Shown here piece by piece: positions 19,264 through 28,720 of a DNA stretch of 64,000 bases. The notes under the pieces were generated by a model. The model worked only from the letters and a program-made list of their open reading frames with translations. It did not search any database and had not been told where the DNA came from. Positions within the stretch are counted from its first letter, which is position 1, and each line of letters opens with the position of its first letter. A program made the position numbers and the translations under genes. Source of the stretch: Clostridia bacterium (GTDB taxonomy: Bacteria > Bacillota > Clostridia > Oscillospirales > CAG-272); the NCBI GenBank assembly GCA_900767415.1, contig CAAFYZ010000031.1:22082-86081 (forward strand), read 5' to 3'.

Positions 19264-20967
19264 TTGGTGACCGAAACGACACAGAACGAGTCGGCACGCC
19301 CCGATACGGACGCGCTGCTCAGAGAAATGTATGACGCGGAGCGTACAGACCGCCCGCGTGCCGTCCGTCTTGCAAAAGAACTCGCCTTACTCGGTGTCAC
19401 GGAGGGAGAGGTACGCTATGCGACCTACCTTGCCGCGGGCGAATATCTGCCGCCCGATCCCGAGGGAGCGAAACTCTATTTTTCCCGCGCCGCGGAAGAC
19501 GGCGATCTTTACGCTATGACCCGCTATGCACGCTACCTTGAAAAAGACGATCCCCTGACGGCGGATTATCTGACGCTCGCCGCCGCGGCACTCGGTTGCC
19601 GCGAGGCGGATTTCGGTGCGGGGGAGGCACTGAGCCGCCGTCCCGTCCTCGGCGAGCGGAGCGAGGAGGAGGCGAACGCATGGTTCGTCCTTGCCGCGGA
19701 AGAAGGGAACCGCGCCGCGCTCCTCACGATGATCGACCGTTGCCTTGACGGTCGCGGGATGCCCCCGTCCCCCGGATTTTCCAAATGGTTTTGCGAGATG
19801 CTCCCGCGCTTTTCGTCGGAACGGCTCCGCTACTTTTTCCGTCTGTTCCGCGTCAGTGCCGTGCCGTATCCGAAGACTGCACCCGATACGGACGCGCTTT
19901 TGCTCGCGCTTTACGGTATGAGCGACCGCTATCCCGCCGTCACGGACAAAATCGCCGTGCGCCTGATCCGCACGGGGCACAGCGTCTATACGCTTCGGCT
20001 CGCAGAGCGTTACCTTGCGCGCGGAGAGGCAGAACACGCGGAAGAACTTCTGCGCTCGGCGGCGGAAGAGGGAGATGCGAAGGCGGCGATCGCCCTCGGC
20101 GATCTCTACCTCTCGGGGAAACTCGGAGAGCGCGACGCCATCGGCGCACAGCGCGCGTTCAGCCGTGCGGCGGAAGCTGGCGATGCCGTCGGATACCGTA
20201 AACTCGGCGATCTCTATCTCGCGGGCGTCGGGGGAGAGAGAAATCTCCCGCTTGCCATTTTGTCCTACGATCGTGCCGCGTCGCACGGCGATGCGGAAGC
20301 CGCCGCGAAGGTCGCGAAGATCCGCACCGACAGAGAAGAGATGTGCGCCCGCGCGGAAGCGGTCATTTCTACGGCGCCGGAAGAGGCGTTCCGCCTTTTC
20401 ACCCTGTCCGATCTTCTCGGGTATCTCCCCGCGAAGACCCGCCTTGCCGAATGTTATCTGCGCGGGATCGGCACCGATCGCGATCGGAAAGAGGCGTTCC
20501 GCCGCTATCGCGAGGCGTATGAAGAGGGAGAAGAAGAGGCACTTCTTCCGCTCGCCCTCTGCTATGCGCGCGGGATTGGAACGGCGCGGGATTTTCACCG
20601 TGCCGAAGAGCTCTTCCTCACCGCAGAGCGCGGGGGAGACGTACGCGGCAGAGCGGTGATGCTCTCCCTGTATGAAGCGAAGAGAAAGAAACTTCTGCAC
20701 CGTCTCTACTCGGATATGATGCACCTCGTCTATCTCGGACGGTACGAAGATGCGGCGCACGTCGGCGAGAGTGCCGCCCGCCTCGGCGTGGCAAAGTGCG
20801 CGTATACGCTCGGTTGTCTGTATGAGTTCGGTGTCGGCGTCCCCTGTGACGGCGAGCGCGCGTATGCCTGTTACGAAAAAGCGCGTGAGCTCGGCTATAC
20901 CGACCCCCGCGCCGTCTATAAATCCAAGATTTTGAAATTCTTCTACGGGCAAAACAAAAAGAAATAA
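19264..20967 (+). CDS. Sel1-like repeat (SLR/TPR-like) protein, no signal peptide seen
   Basis: Many repeats of the form AAEEGDAKAAIALGDLYLSG.G..RD...A..WF.KAA. TTG start at 19264 lies 7 nt after AAAGGA; the exact start is uncertain. Confidence 0.85.
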   Translation: MVTETTQNESARPDTDALLREMYDAERTDRPRAVRLAKELALLGVTEGEVRYATYLAAGEYLPPDPEGAKLYFSRAAEDGDLYAMTRYARYLEKDDPLTADYLTLAAAALGCREADFGAGEALSRRPVLGERSEEEANAWFVLAAEEGNRAALLTMIDRCLDGRGMPPSPGFSKWFCEMLPRFSSERLRYFFRLFRVSAVPYPKTAPDTDALLLALYGMSDRYPAVTDKIAVRLIRTGHSVYTLRLAERYLARGEAEHAEELLRSAAEEGDAKAAIALGDLYLSGKLGERDAIGAQRAFSRAAEAGDAVGYRKLGDLYLAGVGGERNLPLAILSYDRAASHGDAEAAAKVAKIRTDREEMCARAEAVISTAPEEAFRLFTLSDLLGYLPAKTRLAECYLRGIGTDRDRKEAFRRYREAYEEGEEEALLPLALCYARGIGTARDFHRAEELFLTAERGGDVRGRAVMLSLYEAKRKKLLHRLYSDMMHLVYLGRYEDAAHVGESAARLGVAKCAYTLGCLYEFGVGVPCDGERAYACYEKARELGYTDPRAVYKSKILKFFYGQNKKK

Positions 20968-21003
20968 CCCATAGTATTTGCGAAAATGTAAATAATTGCA
21001 AAC

Positions 21004-21041
21004 AAAACCACCCTTTGCGTCCATGCGCAAAGGGTGGTTTT
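21004..21041. terminator. Bidirectional terminator between the Sel1 gene and the DUF1854 gene
   Basis: AAAACCACCCTTTGCG-TCCATG-CGCAAAGGGTGGTTTT. Confidence 0.85.
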
Positions 21042-21064
21042 GCCGTTTTTTACCTTTTTTGCCG

Positions 21065-21571
21065 TTACAGCTGCGAGATCATGCAGGAGCGGCTGTGTGC
21101 GTCGAGGTCGTGATAGTTTTCGATCAGATAGCGGTTGTCGTCCGCATCGCGCACGCGGACCGAGCCGTCCTTTTGGACGCGGATGTCGTGGTTCTGGTTG
21201 CGGATATCGAAAGAGCGCGGTCCGCGGTCGGTCTCTACCGTCCAGCGCAGAGTGCCGTACTTTTCGCTCGCGTGAACGATTCTTGTAATTCTCGGGACGA
21301 GGTAGTAGTCGGCAAGTCCCGCCTCCACGGCTTCCCGCGAGAGGGAGTCGAGATCGGCGAGGGCACGGATCAGGGCGCGCTCTGTGCCGTCTTCGTCAAG
21401 AAGTGTGATGTAGCCGTCGGTCTTGTGGACGGGGAAGAGATAGCGTGCTTCGAGACGGTCGAGCACCTCTCCTTCTCTCGTCAGAAGGCGCAACAGGTGA
21501 TTTTCCGACGGCACGAGCCGATCTTCGCCGCCGAGAAGACGGCGTTCTCCGTTTTGCAGAATGTCTTCCAT
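21065..21571 (-). CDS. DUF1854 domain protein (ABC-exporter-associated)
   Basis: The sequence MEDILQNGERRLLGGEDRLVPSENHL...YLFPVHKTDGYITLLDEDG...IRNQNHDIRV...RYLIENYHDLD matches my recollection of the DUF1854 family. Its start overlaps the stop of the upstream ABC gene (TGATG). Confidence 0.8.
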   Translation of the reverse strand: MEDILQNGERRLLGGEDRLVPSENHLLRLLTREGEVLDRLEARYLFPVHKTDGYITLLDEDGTERALIRALADLDSLSREAVEAGLADYYLVPRITRIVHASEKYGTLRWTVETDRGPRSFDIRNQNHDIRVQKDGSVRVRDADDNRYLIENYHDLDAHSRSCMISQL

Positions 21572-23883
21572 CAGAAACGCTCCTCCTCTTTCATTCGTTC
21601 GGCATCCTGTGCCATGGACTGAATCTTGACGAGCTTGTAATACTTTCCTTTTTTCTCCATCAGCTCTTCGGGCGAGCCGTTTTCGATGATCTTTCCGTTG
21701 TCCACGACGAGGATCCGCGTCGCGCGGCGCAGGGTGGAGAGGCGGTGTGCGATCATCAGCGTCGTCTTCCCGGCGATCAGTTTGTCGATCGCGTCCTGAA
21801 TCAGACGCTCGGTCTCCGAGTCGACCGCGGCGGTCGCCTCGTCGAAGATCAGGATCGACGGGTCGGTCAGAACGGCACGCGCAATGGAGATTCTCTGTTT
21901 TTCGCCGCCCGAGACACCGACGCCCCGTTCACCGAGCAGGGTATCGTAGGCGTCCGGCTGTTTTACGATAAAGCCGTGGGCGTTCGCCACGTCGGCGGCG
22001 TGAATGACTTCGTCGACGCTCGCCGAGGGTCTGCCGTAGGCGATGTTGTTGAAGATCGTGTCGCTGAACATCTGCGGTTCCTGCTGGACGTATCCGATCT
22101 TCGAGCGGTAGGCGGAGAGGTCGAAGTTTTTGATATTGTGTCCGTCGACGAGAATCTCGCCGGCGTAGCCGTCATAGAAACGCATCAGAAGGTTAATCAG
22201 CGTGGATTTTCCCGAGCCCGTCGTTCCGACGATACCGACGACCTCGCCCGGCTCAAGCGTGAAGGAGACGTCGTCGAGTACCTTCTTCGTGCGGTCGAAG
22301 GAGAAGGAAACGTGCAGAAATTCGATCTTTCCCCGCAGACGGTCGGGCACGACGTGGGACTCTGCCTGCGTCTCGGGTTCTGCCTCGAGAATGTCGAGGA
22401 TCTTTTCGGTCGAGGAGAGCGCGTTCTGGAAAGAGTCGGACAGGTTCGCGAAGAAGGAGACGGGGTTATAGAACATCGACGCATAGGAGATGAAGGAGAC
22501 GATAAGACCCGCGGAATATCCCGCGGCTCCGTTTATGACGCGGCTGCCGCCGATCCCCCAGATGATGAGAGAACCGCAGGTGACGCAGAAGGAGACGATC
22601 TGCGGGAAGGCGGTCGCGATCTTGCCGAGTTTCAGGTCGATGTTCAGCCAGTCGTTGTTCTTTTCTTCAAATTTCTCTGCCGCCCGCTCTTCTCCCGTGA
22701 AGGACTTTACCACCTTGATGCAGGGGATCGTGTCCGCGAGATTCGCGAAGACGGAGGACCATCTGCGCCAGATCCTGCGGTAGTAGGGACGCAGTTTCTT
22801 CGAGAAGTAACGCGTCAGAAGGACGATCAGCGGAATCGGCAGAAGGGAGAGCAGGGTGAGCGAGGGGTTCATCGCCAGCATGATGCAGATGATGCCGATC
22901 ATCTGGAAAAAGTGAACGACCGCCTCCTGCGTGATACGGAGCATGAACTGTTGCAGAGTGCCGGAATCCGACGCGATGCGGTTGATGACCGAGCCGGTCG
23001 AGGTCTTGTCATAGAAGCGCATCGGCAGATGCTGTGCCTTACGGTAAATATCCGAGCGGAGCGCGGCGACCGCACGGTCGCCGATCGAACGCATGAGAAA
23101 AGAACGCAGGATTCCCACCGTATACTGTAAAAGATAGGTAAAGAAGAGACAGCAGATCATCGTCGCGAGGACGCGCCCCGGATCCCCGCCGCCGAACGAG
23201 GCGATCCAGAGAAGCAGTCGGTTCCCCGAAGAGTTGCCCGCGGGAGGGAAGACGTTATCGACGATAAATCCCGTGATTGCGGGCGGGACGAGTGCCATCA
23301 CCGTCGTGAAGAGGGAGAGAAAAATGCAGAAGATAATCATGCCGCGCTGGGGCTTGATGTATTCTGCGAGTTTTTTTACGATACGCATCTTGGAGCGGCA
23401 CATGATGCACTCCGCACCGGGGTGGAGCAGGGTGCGTCCGCATTTCGGACAGACGCTGAGCGCCCGCTCGAAGACGACCTCCATCGCGGCACATTCTTCG
23501 TTCAGATTCGCACCGTCCCTGATATGTTCGATAAAAAGAGCCGCCGCATCACACAGTGCCGCCACCGCGTAGGTGTAACGGAAGAAGATCTCCCGCTTTC
23601 CGTCGGGGAACACGGCGGAGAGCGTCGCGTTTCCGTACATACGCTTGGAGCGCACGTCGGACATATCGCGATAAAAAAGACGGCGCGCATCTCCCTCTTT
23701 GTCACAGGCGACAAGGAATTCTTTGGTGAAGATCAGGGCGGTCTCACCGTATCTTCCGTTTTTTCTCAGGTCGCCGACAATGACGAAAAGGATCTGTACG
23801 CCGTCTTTGCGTAAAGAATCGATTTCCGGTTTTATGTGGTCGGGAAGCGGTTTGTTCTTCGTAAAATCCGAATAACTTTCCAT
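21571..23883 (-). CDS. ABC exporter (fused TMD-NBD, MsbA-like) with ~170-aa N-terminal cytosolic extension containing a zinc ribbon
   Basis: Walker A GTTGSGKSTL, signature VSGGEKQRISIARA and Walker B ILIFDEATAAVD. The N-terminus carries CPKCGRTLLHPGAECIMC. Confidence 0.9.
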   Translation of the reverse strand: MESYSDFTKNKPLPDHIKPEIDSLRKDGVQILFVIVGDLRKNGRYGETALIFTKEFLVACDKEGDARRLFYRDMSDVRSKRMYGNATLSAVFPDGKREIFFRYTYAVAALCDAAALFIEHIRDGANLNEECAAMEVVFERALSVCPKCGRTLLHPGAECIMCRSKMRIVKKLAEYIKPQRGMIIFCIFLSLFTTVMALVPPAITGFIVDNVFPPAGNSSGNRLLLWIASFGGGDPGRVLATMICCLFFTYLLQYTVGILRSFLMRSIGDRAVAALRSDIYRKAQHLPMRFYDKTSTGSVINRIASDSGTLQQFMLRITQEAVVHFFQMIGIICIMLAMNPSLTLLSLLPIPLIVLLTRYFSKKLRPYYRRIWRRWSSVFANLADTIPCIKVVKSFTGEERAAEKFEEKNNDWLNIDLKLGKIATAFPQIVSFCVTCGSLIIWGIGGSRVINGAAGYSAGLIVSFISYASMFYNPVSFFANLSDSFQNALSSTEKILDILEAEPETQAESHVVPDRLRGKIEFLHVSFSFDRTKKVLDDVSFTLEPGEVVGIVGTTGSGKSTLINLLMRFYDGYAGEILVDGHNIKNFDLSAYRSKIGYVQQEPQMFSDTIFNNIAYGRPSASVDEVIHAADVANAHGFIVKQPDAYDTLLGERGVGVSGGEKQRISIARAVLTDPSILIFDEATAAVDSETERLIQDAIDKLIAGKTTLMIAHRLSTLRRATRILVVDNGKIIENGSPEELMEKKGKYYKLVKIQSMAQDAERMKEEERF

Positions 23884-23951
23884 GACTTTCTCTCACTTTG
23901 CGCCGCCTGTTTTTCGGGGCAAAATCCCCGTGAAGTTCGGACGGTATTGCT

Positions 23952-23980
23952 ATGATAGCAGACCCTACCGGAAAAAGCAA
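23952..23980 (-). promoter_or_regulatory. Sigma-A-type promoter for the ABC exporter/DUF1854 operon
   Basis: On the minus strand: TTGCTT (23980-23975), 17-nt spacer, TATCAT (23957-23952). Confidence 0.5.
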
Positions 23981-24065
23981 CCCCTTTTTCAAAAACGGTC
24001 AAAAAGATGAAAGCAATAAAGAGAAAGCAGAATAAAATAATCAATTCCGTACAACTTTGGCGGTT

Positions 24066-24626
24066 TTACAGAAAAAGCGGACGTCTCTGTCTTCCTGCCA
24101 TCGCGTCGACGAGTGCGGCGGGGATCTCCAGAAAGTCGGCGACGAGGGAATGGGGCTTGTTTTCGGGGTCGTCCTGCCGCATCGGGACGAAGTAGATCTG
24201 TTTATGCAAAAGCAGTGTCGCGATGTTTTGCAGATTCTGCGAGAGCGCGTCGTTGGAGGCGAGGGCGATGAGCGTCGGGCGATCGCGGCGCAGGTGGGCT
24301 TTCGTTGCCATGGTTACCGAGGTGTCGGTGATACCGGCGGCGATTTTTGCCAGCGTATTCCCGGTGCAGGGGGCAATGATCAGAGCGTCGAGGGGGTGCG
24401 CCGGACCGAGCGGCTCGGCGTCCGTGATGGTGTGGATCACCTGCCGCCCCGTAATCCGTTCGATCCTGTCGACGAGGTCTTTCGCTTTCTGAAAGCGGGT
24501 GTCGAGTGCGTACACGTGCTCGCTGACGATCGGCTGGATTTCGTATCCCTCTTCCCGAAGGAGGGAAAGCGCGTCGAGCGAACGCGCAATCGTGCAAAAA
24601 GAGCCGCACAGGGCATATCCTATCAT
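24066..24626 (-). CDS. spoVFB: Dipicolinate synthase subunit B
   Basis: MIGYALCGSFCTIARSLDAL...IIAPCTGNTLAKIAAGITDT is a flavoprotein-like fold. I used the internal ATG at 24626; the 331-aa track ORF is an Arg-rich extension that overlaps spoVFA. Confidence 0.9.
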   Translation of the reverse strand: MIGYALCGSFCTIARSLDALSLLREEGYEIQPIVSEHVYALDTRFQKAKDLVDRIERITGRQVIHTITDAEPLGPAHPLDALIIAPCTGNTLAKIAAGITDTSVTMATKAHLRRDRPTLIALASNDALSQNLQNIATLLLHKQIYFVPMRQDDPENKPHSLVADFLEIPAALVDAMAGRQRRPLFL

Positions 24627-25420
24627 TTGGATTCGGTTCCTTTCTTTGTCGGGGTTCCGAGCAGCATACGGAAGACGGCGTCGGCGTAGGCGATCCCCGC
24701 ACTCTCGGGATACATACGCCCGGGCAGGGAGGGCAGGCGCTCGACGGGGAGCGAGGCGGGCAGATTGTCGCCGGAGGCGACTTCGAGGATCCGCGGCGGC
24801 GGATCGGGGAGATCTTCGGCACGTACGAGCAGAGCGGGTGCCGTGTTCACAAGGACGGAGAGCCCCGAAAAATCCGTCTTTTCGTCCCTGCCGTAGCAGA
24901 CACGGACGGCGGGGACGCCGTATTTTCCGAGTTCGCGACAGACGGTCTCCTTCCCGGAATAGACGCGCACGTCCGCGCCGAGGAAGAGGAGCATCCGCAA
25001 AAGCTCCCGCCCGATTCTGCCGTAGCCGACGATTCCCACCGTGAGGTCGGCGGGCGCGCACGGCGAGGTGTTCAGAAGATAGCCGAGCACACCGAGTGCG
25101 CTGAGCGCGGCGTTCTCCCGCCCGAACTCTTCGTCGCGGGACACATCGGCGATCAGTCCGCCGCGCTCTCTGATCCCGAGGCGGAACGCATCGGGCAGTC
25201 CGTAGCCGACGGTCAGCGTCCCGGGGGCGGCGAGCGGGAGCAGGTCGGAAAGAGGGATGTTCGTCCCGTTGACGGTTTTTTCATCCTTGCTCGACGGGAT
25301 CGGAAGAAGGAGAATGCGCGAGAGATCCGGCACGGGGTCCGTCATGCGTTCAAGACGCTCTTCGATGCGGTATCGGCATACGGAGACTCTTTTATCGTTT
25401 CCGTAGGTAAGAATATTCAT
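24623..25420 (-). CDS. spoVFA: Dipicolinate synthase subunit A
   Basis: Rossmann motif VGIVGYGRIGRELLRML and a DpaA-like N-terminus. 4-nt overlap with spoVFB. Confidence 0.9.
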   Translation of the reverse strand: MNILTYGNDKRVSVCRYRIEERLERMTDPVPDLSRILLLPIPSSKDEKTVNGTNIPLSDLLPLAAPGTLTVGYGLPDAFRLGIRERGGLIADVSRDEEFGRENAALSALGVLGYLLNTSPCAPADLTVGIVGYGRIGRELLRMLLFLGADVRVYSGKETVCRELGKYGVPAVRVCYGRDEKTDFSGLSVLVNTAPALLVRAEDLPDPPPRILEVASGDNLPASLPVERLPSLPGRMYPESAGIAYADAVFRMLLGTPTKKGTESK

Positions 25421-25760
25421 TGATTTCGTTCTCCGGACGGTTTTCGTGAGAGTCGTTCTCTCACACTTTCAGTGTATGCAGAAGGCGCACCCGTTGCCCG
25501 CCTTTTTTCGGGCGGCGTGCCGATCTTCCACACCTTTTATCCCCCGGGCGGCGTCTTCCTTATCTTTTCAAACGCGCGGACTTTTTATTTTTCGGAATAA
25601 ACCACAGATATGACAACAATTCTATACATTGTAATAGGTTGTGAGCGGTAAACCGACGGAAAAAGCAAAAAGACGGGTGGCACCTCGCACACGCCGAAGC
25701 CGCGCTTTTTCGGGGCGCCAAAAAGCACGGTAAAAAGAAATTTCCGAAAATTGCGTGAAG

Positions 25761-25814
25761 ATGTTGACAAATCAACATTTATGTGCTACAATGCTGATGT
25801 TGACAAATCAACAT
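25761..25814 (+). promoter_or_regulatory. Promoter of the marR-like operon bracketed by two identical 18-bp palindromes (candidate MarR operators)
   Basis: ATGTTGACAAATCAACAT occurs at 25761-25778 and again at 25797-25814. Each is a 7-4-7 perfect inverted repeat. The -35 TTGACA (25764-25769) lies inside copy 1, followed by a 17-nt spacer and -10 TACAAT (25787-25792). Copy 2 covers the expected transcription start. Confidence 0.65.
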
Positions 25815-25830
25815 CTTGTGAGGAAACGAC

Positions 25831-26322
25831 ATGATTCAAAGGTTTGAAAGATTCTTCGGCTCTCTGATGGAGCTGAACCGCGCGGTGCAGAAGATACGGG
25901 AGACGGAGATGCGCCGCCTCGGACTGCGTTCGAGCCACGCGCTCTGTCTCTATTATCTCGGTGAGCACGGGGAAGGGCTGACCCAGCCGATGCTCTGCAC
26001 CCTGTGCAGAGAGGACAAAGCCGCCGTCTCCCGCTCTCTCTCCGATCTTTCCGAGTGCGGACTGGCGGTGTGCGAATATCCCGAGGGGAAGCGTGCCTAC
26101 CGTTCCGTCTGGCGTCTGACCGAAGAGGGGACGCACACCGCCGCCCGTCTGAACCGCAGAATCCGCCACGCCTTCCGCGTCGGCGGAAAGACGGTGAGCG
26201 AGGCGCAGGAAGCCGCGTTTTACGAGGCACTCGACCTCATTCTCGGGAATCTGTCCGAGTATGCCGAGCGCGCGGAGCAATCTCTTGTCGGGCAGACGTC
26301 CGAGTGCGGGAAAACCCTTTGA
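25831..26322 (+). CDS. MarR family transcriptional regulator
   Basis: Winged-helix pattern LGLRSSHALCLYYLGEHGEGLTQPMLCTLCREDKAAVSRSLSDLSECGL. Confidence 0.88.
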   Translation: MIQRFERFFGSLMELNRAVQKIRETEMRRLGLRSSHALCLYYLGEHGEGLTQPMLCTLCREDKAAVSRSLSDLSECGLAVCEYPEGKRAYRSVWRLTEEGTHTAARLNRRIRHAFRVGGKTVSEAQEAAFYEALDLILGNLSEYAERAEQSLVGQTSECGKTL

Positions 26323-26356
26323 ACCCGTGTCCTTTGAAAGAAGAAAGGAATACCGA

Positions 26357-28045
26357 ATGAAAGCAAATGTAAAAAAATACCCTTACGGGTACCCTATGTG
26401 CGCCGATATGCCCGACGTCTATGATATGCCGACGTTTATCCGCACGTTTGTCGGAAGATACGAAGAGGCGACGGCGGTCTCCTATCGTAAAAATCCCACC
26501 GACCGCGACGCCGTGAGCGTCTCCTACCGCGCCTTCGGCGAGGATATCGCCGCCCTTGCCCGCGCGCTGTATGCCCGCGGGATGCACGGTGCGCACTGCG
26601 CCGTCGTCGGCGGTGCGTCCTATGAGTGGGAAGCCCTCTTTTTCGCAATCCAGAGCATCGGTGCCGTCATGGTTCCCCTGGATCGGGAATGGGGAGCGGA
26701 AGAGGTCAATGCGGCAATCGCCACGGCGGAATGTACCTATCTCTTTTATGACGGGGAACTGGAAGAAAAATTCAGGGATACCCCCTGCGAAAAATTCCGC
26801 ATGAAGTGCGAAGGCGAGGGGAGCGTCCTTTCCTTGATCGCCGAAGGACAAAAGGACGGAAGAAGTCTTGACTTCCCGTACGAGCCGGACTCTTTTGCCA
26901 TGTCGCTGCTCGCGTTTACCTCCGGCACGACGGGGAAGGGAAAGGGCGTCATGCTCTCGCAGGGGGGCATGATCACGGATGCGATCGCCGGTCGCCGTCT
27001 GATTCACGCACAGGGGAAGACGATCATGACCCTCCCGCCGCACCATACGTACGGAATGACGATCGCTTTTCTCGCTACCTTCGCGAGCGGTATGAACGTC
27101 TATATGTCCTCGGGACTGCGCTACATCAGCAAAGAAATGCAGACGGAACGCCCCGATCTTCTGATTCTCGTCCCGCTGTATGTCGAGTCCTTTTATGCCA
27201 AGATCCGCGCCACCGTGGAGAGAAAGAAGCTCGGCGGGGTCGTCCGTCGCGCACGCCGCCTCTCTTCCTGCCTTCGGAAGTGCGGGGTCGACCTGCGTGC
27301 TTTCTTCTTCCGCAAGATCCTCTCCGCCTTCGGCGGCAATCTCCGCTATATTATCTGCGGCGGTGCACCGCTCCGTCCGGAACTTGTGCGGGCATTTGAG
27401 GATTTCGGCGTGACAATCATCAACGGCTACGGGATTACCGAGTGTTCTCCCCTCGTCGCCTGCAACCGCGATCGCCTCGCGTCGGCAGATACGGTGGGAT
27501 TTCCTCTTCCGTGCCTTGAGGTGCGGGTCGCCGATCCCGATGCGGAAGGGAACGGCGAGGTCTGCGTCAAGGGAGAGAACGTGATGTTCGGCTATTATCA
27601 CGATGCCGCGGCGACCGCCGCCGCCTTTGACGAGGACGGCTATTTCCGTACCGGAGACATCGGACGCTTTGACCCGATGGGGCGGCTGATCCTTTCGGGA
27701 AGATCGAAAAATCTCATCATTCTCCCGAACGGCAAGAACGTCTATCCCGAAGAGATCGAGACCGCGCTCGGCGCCGCGGACGGCGTCGCGGAAGTCGTCG
27801 TCTATGAAGGAATCGGGAAGGACGACCCCACCCGCCACGCCATCGTTGCGGAGATCTACCCGACCGAGGACTTCCTCACTCTCTCCGACGAGGAACTGAA
27901 CAAACGCTTCCATCGGGTGATCGAACGCTATAACCGCACCGCCGTCTCCTATCGGAAGATCGACCTTCTCCGCGTCCGCCGCACGGAATTCCCGAAGAAC
28001 ACCCTGCGTAAAATCCAGCGGTTTAAGATCGATACAAGCATATAA
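26357..28045 (+). CDS. AMP-dependent synthetase/ligase (long-chain acyl-CoA synthetase-like)
   Basis: AMP-binding motif LAFTSGTTGKGKGVMLS, then ...GYGITECSP... and ...TGDIGRFD...GRSKNLI. ATG at 26357 follows GAAAGGAA. Confidence 0.9.
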   Translation: MKANVKKYPYGYPMCADMPDVYDMPTFIRTFVGRYEEATAVSYRKNPTDRDAVSVSYRAFGEDIAALARALYARGMHGAHCAVVGGASYEWEALFFAIQSIGAVMVPLDREWGAEEVNAAIATAECTYLFYDGELEEKFRDTPCEKFRMKCEGEGSVLSLIAEGQKDGRSLDFPYEPDSFAMSLLAFTSGTTGKGKGVMLSQGGMITDAIAGRRLIHAQGKTIMTLPPHHTYGMTIAFLATFASGMNVYMSSGLRYISKEMQTERPDLLILVPLYVESFYAKIRATVERKKLGGVVRRARRLSSCLRKCGVDLRAFFFRKILSAFGGNLRYIICGGAPLRPELVRAFEDFGVTIINGYGITECSPLVACNRDRLASADTVGFPLPCLEVRVADPDAEGNGEVCVKGENVMFGYYHDAAATAAAFDEDGYFRTGDIGRFDPMGRLILSGRSKNLIILPNGKNVYPEEIETALGAADGVAEVVVYEGIGKDDPTRHAIVAEIYPTEDFLTLSDEELNKRFHRVIERYNRTAVSYRKIDLLRVRRTEFPKNTLRKIQRFKIDTSI

Positions 28046-28063
28046 TGTAAACCTTAATATGCA

Positions 28064-28108
28064 AAATCCGTCCTGTTCTTCAGAAAAAAGAAGAGCGGGA
28101 CGGATTTT
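28064..28108 (+). terminator. Rho-independent terminator after the acyl-CoA ligase gene
   Basis: AAATCCGTCCTGTTCTTC-AGAAAAAA-GAAGAGCGGGACGGATTTT. Confidence 0.8.
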
Positions 28109-28320
28109 CGCCTTCTCACGGGCAGTGCCTGCGCCTGCCGTAAAAACCCTTTCACCCGAGAAAATTCATTCCCGCCTCCCTATCGTGCATCATGAAAAGA
28201 AGAGGTGGGGAAAAGGTTCTCTCCTTCCCGCAGGCGGCGCACGCATCGTGCAAAGCGTTTTTGTAAATCCGCCATAAAAAAAGAAAAATCCTCAAAACAA
28301 GAAAAAAATCAAAAAACCTC

Positions 28321-28349
28321 TTGCTTTTTTTGAAAAAGTATGATATACT
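28321..28349 (+). promoter_or_regulatory. Sigma-A-type promoter for tRNA-Val
   Basis: TTGCTT (28321-28326), 17-nt spacer, TGaTATACT (TATACT at 28344-28349). Confidence 0.55.
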
Positions 28350-28366
28350 ATCAACGTTCCGCAAAC

Positions 28367-28443
28367 GGAGGTGTAGCTCAGTTGGTTAGAGCGTTTGCTT
28401 GACATGCAAGAGGTCATAGGTTCGAGCCCTACCATCTCCACCA
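28367..28443 (+). tRNA. tRNA-Val (anticodon GAC)
   Basis: Hand-folded cloverleaf. Acceptor stem GGAGGTG/CATCTCC with one G-U pair; D arm GCTC-AGTTGGTTA-GAGC; anticodon arm TTTGC-TTGACAT-GCAAG; T arm with TTCGAGC loop; encoded CCA. Confidence 0.88.
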
Positions 28444-28476
28444 AAACGGTCTGTAAGTTTTTGCAGACCGTTTTTT
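28444..28476 (+). terminator. Terminator after tRNA-Val
   Basis: AAAACGGTCTG-TAAGTTTTTG-CAGACCGTTTTTT. Confidence 0.8.
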
Positions 28477-28614
28477 GTTTGCGAAAGGAGCCGACGATAC
28501 CGTGCGACAAAAGGTGTCCTGCGTCTTTGCGGCTCGGCGGATTTTTTGCAGGGTACTTTTTGTCGCGGGCATAATGCACAAATGTCTTCGTGTTTTCTTG
28601 TCCAATCTGCGCTC

Positions 28615-28643
28615 TTGTTTTGCGCCTGCGGATATGCTACAAT
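28615..28643 (+). promoter_or_regulatory. Sigma-A-type promoter for the CE4-like gene
   Basis: TTGTTT (28615-28620), 17-nt spacer, TGcTACAAT (TACAAT at 28638-28643). Confidence 0.5.
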
Positions 28644-28720
28644 ATAGATAAAGCAAAATGCTTTTCTTCATTTTCATCAGAAAGGAAACTTCCGCGTGTG
28701 CGGAAGGTATGGTGTTTTTT

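Noticed and set aside
24627-25061. N-terminal 145 aa of the 331-aa track ORF containing spoVFB.
   Set aside because: It is an Arg-rich extension that fully overlaps the 3' end of spoVFA in another frame. The DpaB homology starts at MIGYALCGSFC (ATG at 24626), with the usual 4-nt overlap with spoVFA.
25421-25500. A sigma-K-type sporulation promoter upstream of spoVFA (GCATACACTG with an AC about 14-16 nt upstream, minus strand).
   Set aside because: The match to AC-N17-CATANNNTA is partial and the spacing is off, so it is too weak to report as a feature.
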